Position numbers and translations under genes: made by a program | Source of the DNA: Mustelus asterias | Taxonomy: Eukaryota | Direction: 5' to 3' | DNA: 64,000 nucleotides | Assembly (NCBI RefSeq): GCF_964213995.1 | Contig: NC_135802.1 | Coordinates: 18,228,001 to 18,292,000 of the forward strand | Notes under the pieces: model-generated | What the model saw: only the letters and a program-made list of their open reading frames with translations | The model's database searches: none | Told to the model about the DNA's origin: nothing | Part shown: one piece after another, positions 36,297 through 48,200 of the stretch | How the letters are laid out: each line of letters starts with the position of its first letter | How positions within the stretch are numbered: the first letter of the stretch is position 1

Positions 36297-37049
36297 TAAT
36301 GAAGGTAAAATCATGCAGATGCTGGAAATTTTAAATAAACACAAAAATGCTACAAAAACTCAGCAGGTATAGCAGCATCAGTTAAAGTTATGAATCCATT
36401 TGACTCTTTTTCAGAGCTGAAGAGAGGTAGAAATGCGATGGATGTTGAAGAGGGGGTGGAACAGATGAAGCCAAATAGGTCATGGACAGGTGGGGGAGCT
36501 CAGGAGAGATTTGACAAATATGTGATGGGCACAAAATAAAGAAAGTGGTAATGATTGTGTTAAAGACTAAAGCTAATAGTGACATAAAAGGTAAGATAGC
36601 AGAACATGTTAATAGCAGAACAAAAGGCGATGCTCTCTGAAAGCAAAGAGTTACAGACTGGAGCTGTGGCGGGAGGGGATTGGGGAAAGAAAATCAAAAT
36701 GGAGGACAGAGTTTATGGTCTGAACTTGTTGGACTCAATGTTGAGTCCAGAAGGCTGCAAAGTGTCTAATCAGAAGATGAGGTGTTGTTCCTCCAGTTTG
36801 CATTGGGCTTCACTGGAACATTGCAGCAGGCCAAGGTCTGAAATGTGGGCATGAGAGCAAGATGGTGAACTGAAATGGCAAGTATAAAAAAGGTCGGGGT
36901 CATGTGTGAACTAAGTGAAAGTGTTCTGCAAAGCGCTCACCCAGTCTGCGTTTAGTCTCCCCACTGTGGCGGAGACCACATTGGAAGCAATGAACACAGT
37001 AGACCAAGTTGTACAAAATGCAAGTGAATTGCTGCTTTACCTGGAAGGG
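36297..37049 (-). mobile_element. Penelope-like element 3' part (GIY-YIG endonuclease remnant and terminal repeat) with a 12-bp TSD, inserted in an older repeat
   Basis: Minus strand reads FQVKQQFTCILYNLVYCVHCFQCGLRHSGETKRRLGERFAEH; TSD GTTTTTACAACA at 36285-36296 and 37050-37061. Confidence 0.85.
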
Positions 37050-37306
37050 GTTTTTACAACAATCTGGTAATTATATAGTCAACACTAATGGCACATTTTT
37101 GTAATTCTAGATTTATTTAATTAACTGAATTTAAATTTTCAGCTGCTCTGGGGGGGATTTGAACTCATGTCTCTGTAACATCAGTCCAGAGCTCTGGATT
37201 GCTACTCCAGTAACAATCACTAAGCACCAGTCCAGTAACTTGGGTTAAAAATTTCACAACTTAAGCTTCATCCTTCAGATTCAAGTCAAGCAGGAACATC
37301 TCTTAC

Positions 37307-37411
37307 CTTAATACTGACACAGTAGGGGTGATAACACTGGCCACACTGAGAGCAAACAAGTAGTCGTCCTTCAGAACCTTTTCCAAAGCTTCCACACACA
37401 ACACACATATC
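37307..37411 (-). CDS. KMT2C: KMT2C exon (~18), 105 nt, phase 0/0, start of PHD4: DMCVVCGSFGKGSEGRLLVCSQCGQCYHPYCVSIK
   Basis: Acceptor taatttcag, donor AAG|gtaaga. PHD Cys/His spacing. Confidence 0.97.
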
Positions 37412-37516
37412 CTGAAATTACATGAATCAACAGGTCAAACAATGCCCATCTATTCCTGCTTATGGAGGGGAAACCTATTCTTTCAATTTATACAGGAGAT
37501 GAAAACGGTTGATCAC

Positions 37517-37648
37517 CGCAATTCTCCCATCCCACCTGCCACGGGAATCATAGCGCGTGGGGAGGGGACACGACGACCATGCAAAGGTCAGTTGACCTGG
37601 GGTGGGATATTCCAGTTTTGGGGCGAGCGCGGCTGGAAAATCCCACCC
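37517..37648. mobile_element. GC-rich MITE-like element
   Basis: Termini cgcaattctcc...ggaaaatcccaccc form imperfect inverted repeats. Confidence 0.55.
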
Positions 37649-37849
37649 AATATGTTCTTGGTGACGGCACCTCCATAGCTTTTAAAATTTTTTCAAAAGC
37701 AAGCTTTTTGGCCAGAATTTCATTGCCCCTCCTCATTACCTCGCTGCTCATCATCCTTTCCCCTTAGCTACCTCTACTGTGAATTTTAATTTTTCATTAA
37801 GGATACTTTACAGCTATAAGTTGATATACAAAGCAAATAGATTAGCCAA

Positions 37850-38525
37850 GATCCTTGAAAGTGGAGTCACAAGTGGACAGGGTGGTGAAGGCGGCATTCG
37901 GCATGTTTGGTTTCATTGGTCAGACCATTCAATACAGGAGTTGGGACATCTTGTTGAAGTTGTACAAGACATTGGTGAGGCCACACTTGGAATACTGTGT
38001 ATAGTTCTGGTCACCCTACTATAGAAAGGATATTACTAAACTAGAAAGAGTGCAGAAAAAGATTTACTAGGATGCTACCAGGACTTGACGGTTTGAGTTA
38101 TAACGAAAGGCTGGATAAACTGGGACTTATTTCTCTGGAGCGTAGGAGACTGAGGGGGTGATCTTATAGAGGTCTATAAAATAACGAGGGGCATAGATCA
38201 GGTAGATAGTCAATATCTTTTCCCAAAGATAGGGAAGTCTAAAACTAGAGGGCATAGGTTTAAGGTGAGAGGGGAGATACACAAAAGGGTCCAGAGGGGC
38301 AATTTCTTCACACAGACGGTGGGGAGTGTCTGGAACAAGCTGCCAGAGGTAGTAGTAGAGGCGGGTACAATTTCGTTCTTTAAAAAGTTACATGGGTAAG
38401 ATAGGTATAGAGGGATATTGGTCAAACGCGGGCAACTGGGACTAGCTTAGGGGTTAAAAAAAGGGGTAGCATCGACAAGTTGGGTTGAAGGGCCTGTTTC
38501 CATGCTGTAAACCTCTATGACTCTA
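37850..38525 (+). mobile_element. 5'-truncated CR1
   Basis: Highly similar to 19295-19890 plus 20226-20310; ctctatgactcta tail. Confidence 0.92.
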
Positions 38526-38869
38526 CAAGATCAGATCATAATCACTGAAATAGAACAGAGACTGTAATCATTTCCTTACTGTTGTCGAGTTAAGTTTTTT
38601 TATAACTTGAGTGTTTGAATATCCCGATCTTTACTTCCACCCTATTATCGTTAAGGCCGTAGGTTGACGGCTACTGAATAAGCAGCACTCTTTTTTTCGA
38701 TGGAGGTTTGAGGCTTTTGCTACATGAGCATAATGCTCTGTAATCTTCCATTACAAGTATAAACCTTAGTCATATTACTTAAAAATCAAAAAGGTCATCG
38801 TAAAGATTCAGCCAAACAGTATGCCAATCATTTATCTAATTGTAGTTGGCTTTGTACACTGCTGAGCTT

Positions 38870-40680
38870 ACAGGGCATGGAACCTAAGAAATAGGGGTGG
38901 AGTGTCCTTTGAGCCTGATCTGACATTCCATAATATCCTGGCTGATCATTTATATTACCTAAACTCCACCTTCCAGTACTATTCATATATCCCTTAGTTC
39001 CCTTACTACCCAATAATCTATTATCTTCTTTAAAAGGCTCAAAGACAAGTATCTAAAGCTGTGACACAAACAATTCTAAAGGTTCACAATCATTTTGTCT
39101 AAATAGCTAACTGCTTATTTTGATACTGCAACCGCTAGTTCTGGACTCCCAGCTAGAAACATCCTCCCAGCTTCTACCCTGTCAAGTCCTTGAAACATTT
39201 TATATTTGTCAATGAAATCACCACTCATGCTTTCAAATTCTAAGAAATATAGTCAGAGTTTTACAGCACAAAAAGAGGCCCTTTGACCTACCATGTCTGT
39301 GCCGGCCATCAAGCACTTACCTGATCTAATTCAATTTTCCAGCACTTGGTCCATAGCCTCGTATGCTCTGACATTTCAAGTGCTCATCTAAATGCTTCTT
39401 AAATGTTGTGACGGTTCCCACCTCTACTATTCTTTCAGGCAGTGAGTTCTAGATTCCCATTACCTACCGGGTGAAAAAGTTTTTCCTCAAATCCCCTCCC
39501 GCTCACCTTAAACCTATGCCCCTTGGGTTATTCGCCCCTCCATTAAGGGAAAATGTTCCTTCCTATCTACAGTACTTATGTCCCTCATAATTTTGTACAG
39601 CTCAATCAGGTCTCCCCTCAACCTTCTCTGCAACCTTAGAATAATCAGCCTCTCTTCAAAGCTGAAACACCCCAGCCCAGGCAACTTCTTGGTGAATATC
39701 CTCTGCACCCTTTCTAGTTCAAGCACTTCCAATAGTATGGCAATCAGAACTGCACACAGTTCTCTAGCCTCTCCTGTGGCCAGAGAGGATTTGAAAATTA
39801 GCGCCTGAGCCTCTGGAATCTCCTCCCCTGCCTCATGCAGCCTGGGATACATCTCCTCTGGGCTTAGGAAGTTTTCCACTTTTAGGCCCGCTAAAACCGC
39901 TAATACCTCCTCCCTCCCAATGCTAATGTGTTCAATTATATCTCAGTCCCCCTCTCTGATTCCTATATCTACATCATCCTTCCCCTCAGCCTAGCCTACT
40001 CAATCTCTCTTTATAGGACAATCCCCTGAACTCAGGAATCAAATGAGGTCAATCTTGGTTGCATCCCTTCCAAGACAAGTATATCCTTTCTTAGGTATGG
40101 AGATCAAACTGTATGTAGTATTCCAGGTGCAAGGTCCTATATAATCATAGTAAGATTTGTTTATTATTGTACTCTAATCCCTTAAGGGGAAGAAAAAAGC
40201 CAACATGCCATGTGCTTTTTTAATTGCTTGCCGCTTCTACATGTTTACTTTCTGTGACTCGTGTACAAGGGCAACCAAGTGCCTCTGAATGTTAACATTT
40301 CCCAATCTCTCTCATTGAAAAATATTCTGCTTTTTAATGTTTCCTCCCAAAGTAGAGAACTCCACATTATATTCGGTCTGCCATGTTCTTGCTCACTCAC
40401 TTAAACCTGTCTCTGACCATTTGCAGCTTCTTTGTGTCCTCCTCGCAGCTTACTATGCCACTTAGTTTTGCATTAACAGCAAACTTGGGTGCAGTACACC
40501 CGGTCACCTCATCTAACTCATGAATCTAGATTGTAAATAGCTGAGGCCTGAGCTGAGGTACCTCAATAGTCACAGCCTGCTATCCTGAGGATGATCCATT
40601 TATTTCCACTTTTTAAAAATCTGTTCACCAATCATTCGTCAATCAAGATGCAACCTCCAGTCCTATGAGCCCTAATTTTG
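38870..40680 (-). mobile_element. Cluster of nested, degenerate CR1 fragments
   Basis: ORF 39514..39879 (IFKSSLATGE...LERVQRIFTK...RRLRGDLIELYKIMR) lies within an older CR1 whose parts are on both sides. Confidence 0.75.
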
Positions 40681-40761
40681 AAGACTATGCTTTAGATTAT
40701 CAAAGGCAAATAGGTTTCTACTAATCTAATGTTTTATTATTTAACTGAGAATGTTCCTTAC

Positions 40762-40863
40762 CTGTTTTAGAGTGAATTTATCACTTGTAGAGAACAAAAC
40801 AACGGTGTTGTGCATTGAGTTTTCATCCTCATCCTTATTAACGATCATCTCCATGACACCAGC
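40762..40863 (-). CDS. KMT2C: KMT2C exon (~17), 102 nt, phase 0/0: AGVMEMIVNKDEDENSMHNTVVLFSTSDKFTLKQ
   Basis: Acceptor cttcctactgtag, donor CAG|gtaagg. Contains the conserved NSMHNTVVLFS motif. Confidence 0.96.
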
Positions 40864-41044
40864 CTACAGTAGGAAGTGCACAATTAGTATTAGCTATCTT
40901 TTCTGATTAAATAAACTCACATCCTTCTATAAAGCACATCAGTCAAAAGGAAGAGGACCCAGTGACTTTTCTTAGTATTAGACTGCTCCAGTATGTCTCT
41001 CAACCATTGCTTGCCTTTAACACTATGGGTAGATTACTTAAAAG

Positions 41045-41325
41045 TTTTAAAGTTTATTTATTAGTCACAAGCAAGGCTTACATTAACACTGCAATGAAGT
41101 TACTGTGAAATTCCCCTAGTCGCCACATTCCGACGCCTGTTCGGGTCAATGCACCTAACCAGCATGTCTTTCAGACTGTGGGAGGAAGCTGGAGCACCCG
41201 GAGGCAACCCACGCAGACACGGGGAAAACGTGTAGACTCCAAACGGACAGGGACCCAAGCCAGGAATCGAACCCGGGTCCCTGGCGCTGTGAGGCAGCAG
41301 CGTTAACCACTGTGCCACCGTGCCG
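41045..41325 (-). mobile_element. Full-length SINE of the second family
   Basis: Reverse complement aligns with 31487-31760. Confidence 0.87.
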
Positions 41326-41632
41326 TCCATACTTAGCAGTTTATTCAATCTTTAAACAGGTTGAATATTTACATAACAAAAGGACTTCCATAATCCCATG
41401 CAAGAACAATCAATGAGGCCAATGGCTCTCTTAAGGGAATTATCCTCTGTCAGATGGCAACTCAACCCTCTGCTGCATTGCGGCCTCAACTGAGTGAAGA
41501 AATGGGTACGAGTCGAATGTCATGCTGGAACATTCCTGATCTGCAAGTCCCAATGTACCCCATCCCTAAATTTACCTCAGACAAGCAATGCTCTAAACAC
41601 TCAGCACCTCATTCAAATTACTTTTCTTAATT

Positions 41633-41947
41633 CATAGAATAGAATCATAGAATCCCTACAGTGCAGAAGGAGGCCATTCGGCCCATCGAGTCTGCACCGA
41701 CCACAATCCCACCCAGGCCCTACCCCCACATATTTTACCCGCTAATCCCTCTAACCTACGCATCTCAGGACTCTAAGGGGCAATTTTTAACCTGGCCAAT
41801 CAACCTAACCCGCACATCTTTGGACTGTCGGAGGAAACCGGAGCACCCGGAGGAAACCCACGCAGACATGAGGAGAATGTGCAAACTCCACACAGACAGT
41901 GACCCGAGTCGGGAATCGAACCAGGGACCCTGGAGCTGTGAAGCAGC
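41633..41947 (-). mobile_element. HE1-type SINE lacking about 25 nt at its 5' end
   Basis: Nearly identical to 19891-20200; stops at ...gaagcagc before the A box. Confidence 0.9.
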
Positions 41948-41952
41948 TGTTC

Positions 41953-42004
41953 TTCCTTTTTTAACCAAATTTCTGTTGTGTCAGAAATTTGGTTAAAAAA
42001 GGAA
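41953..42004. repeat. Perfect 23-bp inverted repeat with a 6-nt loop
   Basis: TTCCTTTTTTAACCAAATTTCTG-ttgtgt-CAGAAATTTGGTTAAAAAAGGAA. Confidence 0.95.
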
Positions 42005-42189
42005 CAATTGCAGTCTAGTCCAAAGCTTTGGACTCTTGCTCGATAGCCACACTCACATGTACTTCCCGTAGGGGCTACTGAACAACAACTAAAAGTAAGA
42101 ACCCGGCACCTGAAGGGGACCTCATCCCACAAACCTCCCATTTCATAGTAGTTGAGAACAGTTAAATCAACAGAGACAAATAATTATTA

Positions 42190-42435
42190 GACTGTAAAGG
42201 TAAGTGATGTTGCCATAATCACAGATGACCATAGACTGCTTGCCCCTTTAGGCGGTGGTGGGTGGGGCGCAGGGAAGTGTGTGGTGATTTAACCTGAGGA
42301 ACACCACACCTCAGGTGAGGGGTAAGGCGGGGCCTTCATGAATAACCTCAGCCGGTACAGAAATTGAACCCAGATTGCTGCCATTGCGCTGCATCATTAA
42401 CCAGCTGTCCAGCCACCTGAGCTAAACTGTCCCCC
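42190..42435 (-). mobile_element. tRNA-derived SINE
   Basis: Reverse complement ggggacagtttagctcaggtggctgg...gggttcaatttc; shares blocks with 27835-28035. Confidence 0.7.
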
Positions 42436-43165
42436 TGACTCAAGGGCAACTAGGGATGGGCAATAAATACTGGCCAGCCAACGACGCACAGGTCCCACGA
42501 ATGAATTTTAAAAACTGGACCGTATGATCCAAACCACTAACATGTAGTTTAGCCGGATTCGTCAGTGGCAGTTTTTCCTATTGTTTATCATCTATTTTGG
42601 AATGTTTCGTTGCGTAAGATTTTGGCATTAATACCAGTACCCACCACATCCTGACTTAAACAGCATTAGTCAAAATTCAGAACTTCAGTGAGAACCTCAA
42701 GCTGAATATCAGACCAGTAGGAGAATGACACCCCATTTCCCAGCCAAGGTTAATGGAAGATCAATAGGATGATACTTTTAAAAATATGAAACAATAGGTA
42801 AATACATAAGCAAATGATATTTTTAACCTTTCACCCTTTGATTTTGCTTTCAATAATTTTTGATGCAAATGGGACCGAGTGACATTACATTTGTCTTAGA
42901 GAAGTACACATCTTGGGATAATGCAGCTACCAGGGATAATTCTGAAACCTCACCAACACTGATATTAATTATTTCAACATGATTTTTATCACAATTCAAT
43001 TCACCAGTTAAGCACTTTTGAAAATCCTCCAAATGATATTCTTAATCAACCAAAAGAAACAGTTTTCCACATAAATGGTTTCGCTAAACCAGGTAAAAAT
43101 GGGGGAGGGTGCAAATGGGAGAAGAGAATTATCTCCTTAATTAGTTGTACTAGAAAAAGGATAAT

Positions 43166-43803
43166 GAACAAAGAACAAAGAACAGTACAGCACAGGAAAC
43201 AGGCCCTTCGGCCCTCCAAGCCTGTGCCGCTCATTGGTCCAACTAGACCATTTGTTTGTATCCCTCCATTCCCAGACTGCTCATGTGACTATCCAGGTAA
43301 GTCTTAAATGATGCCAGCATGTCTGCCTCCACCACCCTACTTGGCAGCGCATTCCAGGCCCCCACCACCCTCTGTGTAAAAAACGTCCCTCTGATATCTG
43401 AGTTATACCTCGCCCCTCTCACCTTGAACCCGTGACCTCTCGTGATCGTCACCTCCGACCTGGGAAAAAGCTTCCCACTGTTCACCCTATCTATACCCTT
43501 CATAATTTTGTACACCTCTATTAGGTCTCCCCTCATTCTCCGTCTTTCCAGGGAGAACAAGCCCAGTTTACCCAATCTCTCCTCATAGCTAAGACCCTCC
43601 ATACCAGGCAACATCCTGGTAAACCTCCTCTGTACTCTCTCTAAAGCCTCCACGTCCTTCTGGTAGTGCGGCGGCCAGAACTGGATGCAGTACTCCAAAT
43701 GTGGCCTAACCAGCGTTCTATACAGCTGCAACATCAGACTCCAGCTTTTATACTCTATACCCTGTCCTATAAAGGCAAGCATACCATATGCCTTCTTCAC
43801 CCT
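43166..43803 (-). mobile_element. Young 5'-truncated CR1 with an intact 187-aa ORF2 C-terminus
   Basis: ORF 43243..43806; (TTCTTTG)n tail. Confidence 0.95.
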
Positions 43804-44000
43804 CACTCTCCCAGTAAATTAATGAAAACTTCAGCTTTCTAAACTCAAGTGGTAAGTGGCAACTTAAAAGCTATTTAATAAATGCAATTGATAATACTGG
43901 GTGATAATGAAACCACATGGTTCCATCTGTAAAACACTCGTGTCAAAGGAATAGGATAGGTTTCCTTTTCTCCCATCTGCTGGGCATAAAAGAAACAAGA

Positions 44001-44176
44001 TAGTCCGAAGATGTGCAGGTTAGGTGGATTGGCCATGCTAAATTGCCCCTTAGTGTCAGGGGGACTGGCTAGGGTAAATGCATGGGGTTATGGGGATAGA
44101 GCCTGGGTGGGATTGTGGTCGGTGCAGACTCGATGGGCTGAGTTGCCTCCTTCTGCACTGTAGGATTCGATGATTT
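44001..44176 (+). mobile_element. HE1-type SINE 3' half
   Basis: agtccgaagatgtgcaggttagg...tgcactgtaggattc. Confidence 0.85.
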
Positions 44177-44656
44177 TAGGTTGCACAGAATTTGCAAATG
44201 TTTCTCTACCCCAGCAGGCAGTGGAAAGTTCAGTCACTGAGCATGTTCAAGAGAGAGATCAACAGATTTCTAGATACAAATGACGCCATGGGATATTGGA
44301 TAGCACAGAAAATGATATTGAGGTGGATGATCAGCCATGACCTAGCTTCATGACTTGAGGGCTGAATGGCCTGCTCCTGTTCCTATGTTCCAACAGAGCG
44401 GAGTCAAATGGTAATATTACAAAACAAGCCAATTTACAACATCAAAGCAGAATACAGCGCAAACACAGTTGGCAGGGCCAATAAAATGCCTCTCAAACAG
44501 ATTAATATGACCAGGATCAATTTGATAAATAACTAATTACACCATAACATCATTATCTTCAATAGTAAGTTTAAAGACTAGTCAACAGACTAATCGGTCT
44601 TTGAATAAATAAAATCCATCTCTAAAAACAGAAACAGTAATAAGATGTGCACTTAC

Positions 44657-44773
44657 TCCTGGTGTTATAGCAGCACCAATGCCATTTTTCAGTTTCGACC
44701 TGCCTCTAACTCCCCGACCAGGGTGCCCTGTACCACGTGGCCTCTTCTTCCCAGGAAAGCCAGCACCACGACC
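44657..44773 (-). CDS. KMT2C: KMT2C exon (~16), 117 nt, phase 0/0: GRGAGFPGKKRPRGTGHPGRGVRGRSKLKNGIGAAITPG
   Basis: Acceptor ctttcaatag, donor GGA|gtaagt. Matches human GRGSGFPGKRRPRG...GRSKLKSGIGA. Confidence 0.95.
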
Positions 44774-44859
44774 CTATTGAAAGCAGCACTTCAGAAAAGT
44801 CTGGTTTAGAATACAACGCACCCACAATATTTCCAACTAATAAAATTTTGCATTTTTGC

Positions 44860-46170
44860 AGCATCTTTGAAGTAATAAAACATCACCATAAGGTGCTTTA
44901 CAGCGGCATTATAGTACAGAGCAAGACACCAAACCATATAAAGAAACAAATCAGATGATCAAAAGCTTGGTCAAAAAGGTAGGTTTTAAGGAATGTCTTT
45001 AAGGAAGAGAGGCAAAGAAGTTTGAGGAAGGAATTTCATAGCCTAGGATCCAGGCAACTGAAAGCACACCAATGGAATCATAGAATCCTACAGTGCAGAA
45101 AGAGGTCATTCGGCCCATCAAATCTGCACCAACCACAATCCCACCCAGGCCCTATCCACATATCCCTACATATTTACCCACTAACCCCTCTAACCTATGC
45201 ATCCCGGGACACTAAGGGGCAATTTAGAATGGCCAATCAACCTAGCCTACACATCTTTGGACTGTGGGAGGAAACCGGAGCACCCGGAGGAAACCCACGC
45301 TGACACAGGGAGAATGTGCAAACTCCACACAGACAGCGACCCGAGCTGGGATTCGAACCCAGGTCCCTGGAGCTGTGAAGCAGCAGTGCTCACCACTGTG
45401 CTACCGTGCTACAATTATAATTGGGGATCCCACAAGAGGCCAAAATTATAGGAGCTCATAACTCAAGAGGGTTGTAGGGCTGGAGGAAATTGAAGTTCAG
45501 AAGGGTACACAGTCGGTGAAGTGGCTTGAAAACAAGGATGTCCATTTTAAAGTTCAGCTGTTGCTTAACCAAAGGCTACAATAGGTCAGCAAGCATAGAG
45601 CTAATAGGTGAAAGGGTTTGGTGCAAGTTTCGACAGGGGTAGAAGGGTTTTGGGTCACCTCAAGTCTGCAAAGAGTAGAATGTGTGATCCAGCCAAGGGT
45701 GGGTAAATTGGTCAGTCGGTTGATAGCTAAGAATATAACTGGGTGAGTGCAGTCCCATCTCATCAGCTGCTCAACTGTGGAGGGGTGCTGGAGGAAAATG
45801 GTCCAATCAACTGTGTCAAAGGCTGCAGACATGTCAAATAGGACAATGAGAGATAGTTTGCCTTTGTCAGTCACTAAGAGAGCTGTTTAAATATTGTGCT
45901 GGGGTGGAAAACTGACAGGAGGATGGAAAGATAGGTAGAAATTTGGGACACAAAAACAGGTGATGAAAGCAAATGGAGGTTGGTGATGGAGTGATAGCTT
46001 GCAAGACAGAGTTGCCAAAGGTTGTTTTTCTGAGGATGGGCGTGATGACAGCACGTTTGAAGACAGGGACAGAACCTGAGGAGAGACAACCATTGAGTGT
46101 TGGCTGATGTGGGAGCCAGCTAGGGAAGTTGGGTGGTCAGTAATTTAGTGGCAATAGGATCTCGACAGCA
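44860..46170 (-). mobile_element. Degenerate L2-clade LINE, interrupted by an HE1-type SINE
   Basis: ORF 45554..45874 DKGKLSLIVLFDMSAAFDTVD resembles the L2 RT motif LLDLSAAFDTVDH. Confidence 0.7.
45075..45410 (-). mobile_element. HE1-type SINE
   Basis: Reverse complement is very similar to 17850-18193. Confidence 0.9.
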
Positions 46171-48073
46171 TTTAAGTTTTTATCTTGCCTACCTTGATTT
46201 ACTTTACAATAAAGAAAAATGACAAAATATTAGTTTACGCAAAATTAAAAGTAAATTTAACAGTTAAACATTTTGTCAATAAATATTAAGAACAAAACTG
46301 AATTATCTGCTTTCAATATAGCCTACCTTATTCCTTGAAAATATGTTATGCTTTAAAGACATTAGGATAGATCTACCTTTAATAAGGATGGTGGTAATTT
46401 CAAGAACAGTGTATTTTAAAAGTTGTATATGCTGTCAGCTGGCAAAACAATATTTTTTTCCAAGAACACTGCAAATTAGTCACGGTTCTTAGATCAGTTC
46501 TTATGTCTTTTTGATGGACCTTATTTTCAAATTAAATATTAACCTGCAAGTACTAAAAATCGGCAATAAATCAGTGGAGAGGTTTGGAAACTATGCTCAA
46601 GGAAGAAGGGAGAATCTCTTTGTTACTGTTAAATAACACGGACTTGTATGCTAAAAATACATGTTTAGAAAATCTACAAATTGTGTTAAGGTCTCGTTAT
46701 TGACAGAAAACTTAAGACATTGCTGCTTTTATCTGCCTATTTTTGTAGTAAATGGTAAGCTCCTCCTCTGCAGTCATTTATTCAGATCTTTGGTCGGTTG
46801 GGTGGGGGAAAAGGAGATCTCCACGGGCTTCAGACTTCTCTGGTACCTTGCGCAAACGCATACTCTTCACTTTGTAAGACTGGGCAACAAAAACGAGACA
46901 ACTGTTTAACTCCTGGCAACCACAATCATGCCTGATCTGTCCTGAACTTCAAGCCGGATCACTGGATTGCAATCAAGTGCAGGTAGCCAGGTCATTTTCC
47001 CTTCCCCTAGAAGTCAACATTGGTACACAGAGGCAGCAATGCTTTGGTGGAACATTTGCTTTTGGAGATTATATTATAGGCGTTAAAGGCATCCATTAGT
47101 GCAGTTGTTAATGATGAATGGGGTTTTACTTTCTAACCAAGCAGTTTAAAACATTCCCAAAAGCCATGCAAAGTATATTGCTGCTGGAAAAGGAAAAGAG
47201 GCTTGAGAATCAAAAAGAAGTTACTGCACAGCTGTGGAGGTTACATCATTCCTATCAATATTGTATGCCAGATATCTAAATATACCTCCATAGTGAAATC
47301 TACAATCAATCTTTAAATGGTGCAGTAGGAAAAATTCTTTGAAAAATAATCTTTTCAAAAAGATGTTATAGATTATAATGTTAAGGTTAACAGTAGTGGA
47401 TGAGTTCCAAGGATCGCTGTAGTTGATAGACAACATTTGATGCCAGTCCGAAAAGAGCCCGAAGGTCATTAAATCAAACTGTCAAAACTGATGCCACAGC
47501 AGAAAAAAAAACTTTGTAACTTACTTTCTAGCAAAATGATTTTCTATCCTCTCTTAAAAAATGATTAACTAAATAATAGATACAATGCTTGTAAAGGCTT
47601 TTTCAGGTCACGAGGCTGATATTTTGTAGTTCTACCTTCCTCTGCGGTCACCATGGGTGCTCATAGATTTGGAAAGTAATCTGCATACATCTTAAAATTA
47701 GTCAACTGATACTTTGGTCCAGTTGGGAGCAAACTAATAACAAGTCCCAGTTGCCCACAATTCAAAACCTGAGGTCCAATTTGACTGCTCTCGAATACTG
47801 GAGGTAAATGGATCAAACATAGAAGAGACAATGACAAAAACAAATACATTTGAGGTAGGCCATCCAACATAACCTTCCATAGAAATTTCTGATCTCACTA
47901 TCACAGTGTTCAACACACTCAAATTATTTCAGAGTGTTTGTCTCAAGCATCCTTCTCAGAAGATTATCCTATGTGAAGTGGATACTGGCATCATCCTGAA
48001 ATGGTATTTTTACTACTTTGTACCTACTATCCACTCTGTTTCAATCAATAACAACATTTTCTAGATTAACTTT

Positions 48074-48200
48074 TGGACTGTGGGAGGAAACTGGAGCACC
48101 TGGAGGGAACCCATATAGACAGTCACCCAAGACTGGAATCAAACCTGGGTTGTTGGCGCTGTGAGCCAGCAGTGCTAACCATTGTACCACCGTGCCACCC
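48074..48200 (-). mobile_element. HE1-type SINE 5' fragment
   Basis: ttggactgtgggaggaaactggagcacc...aaccattgtaccaccgtgccaccc. Confidence 0.8.
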
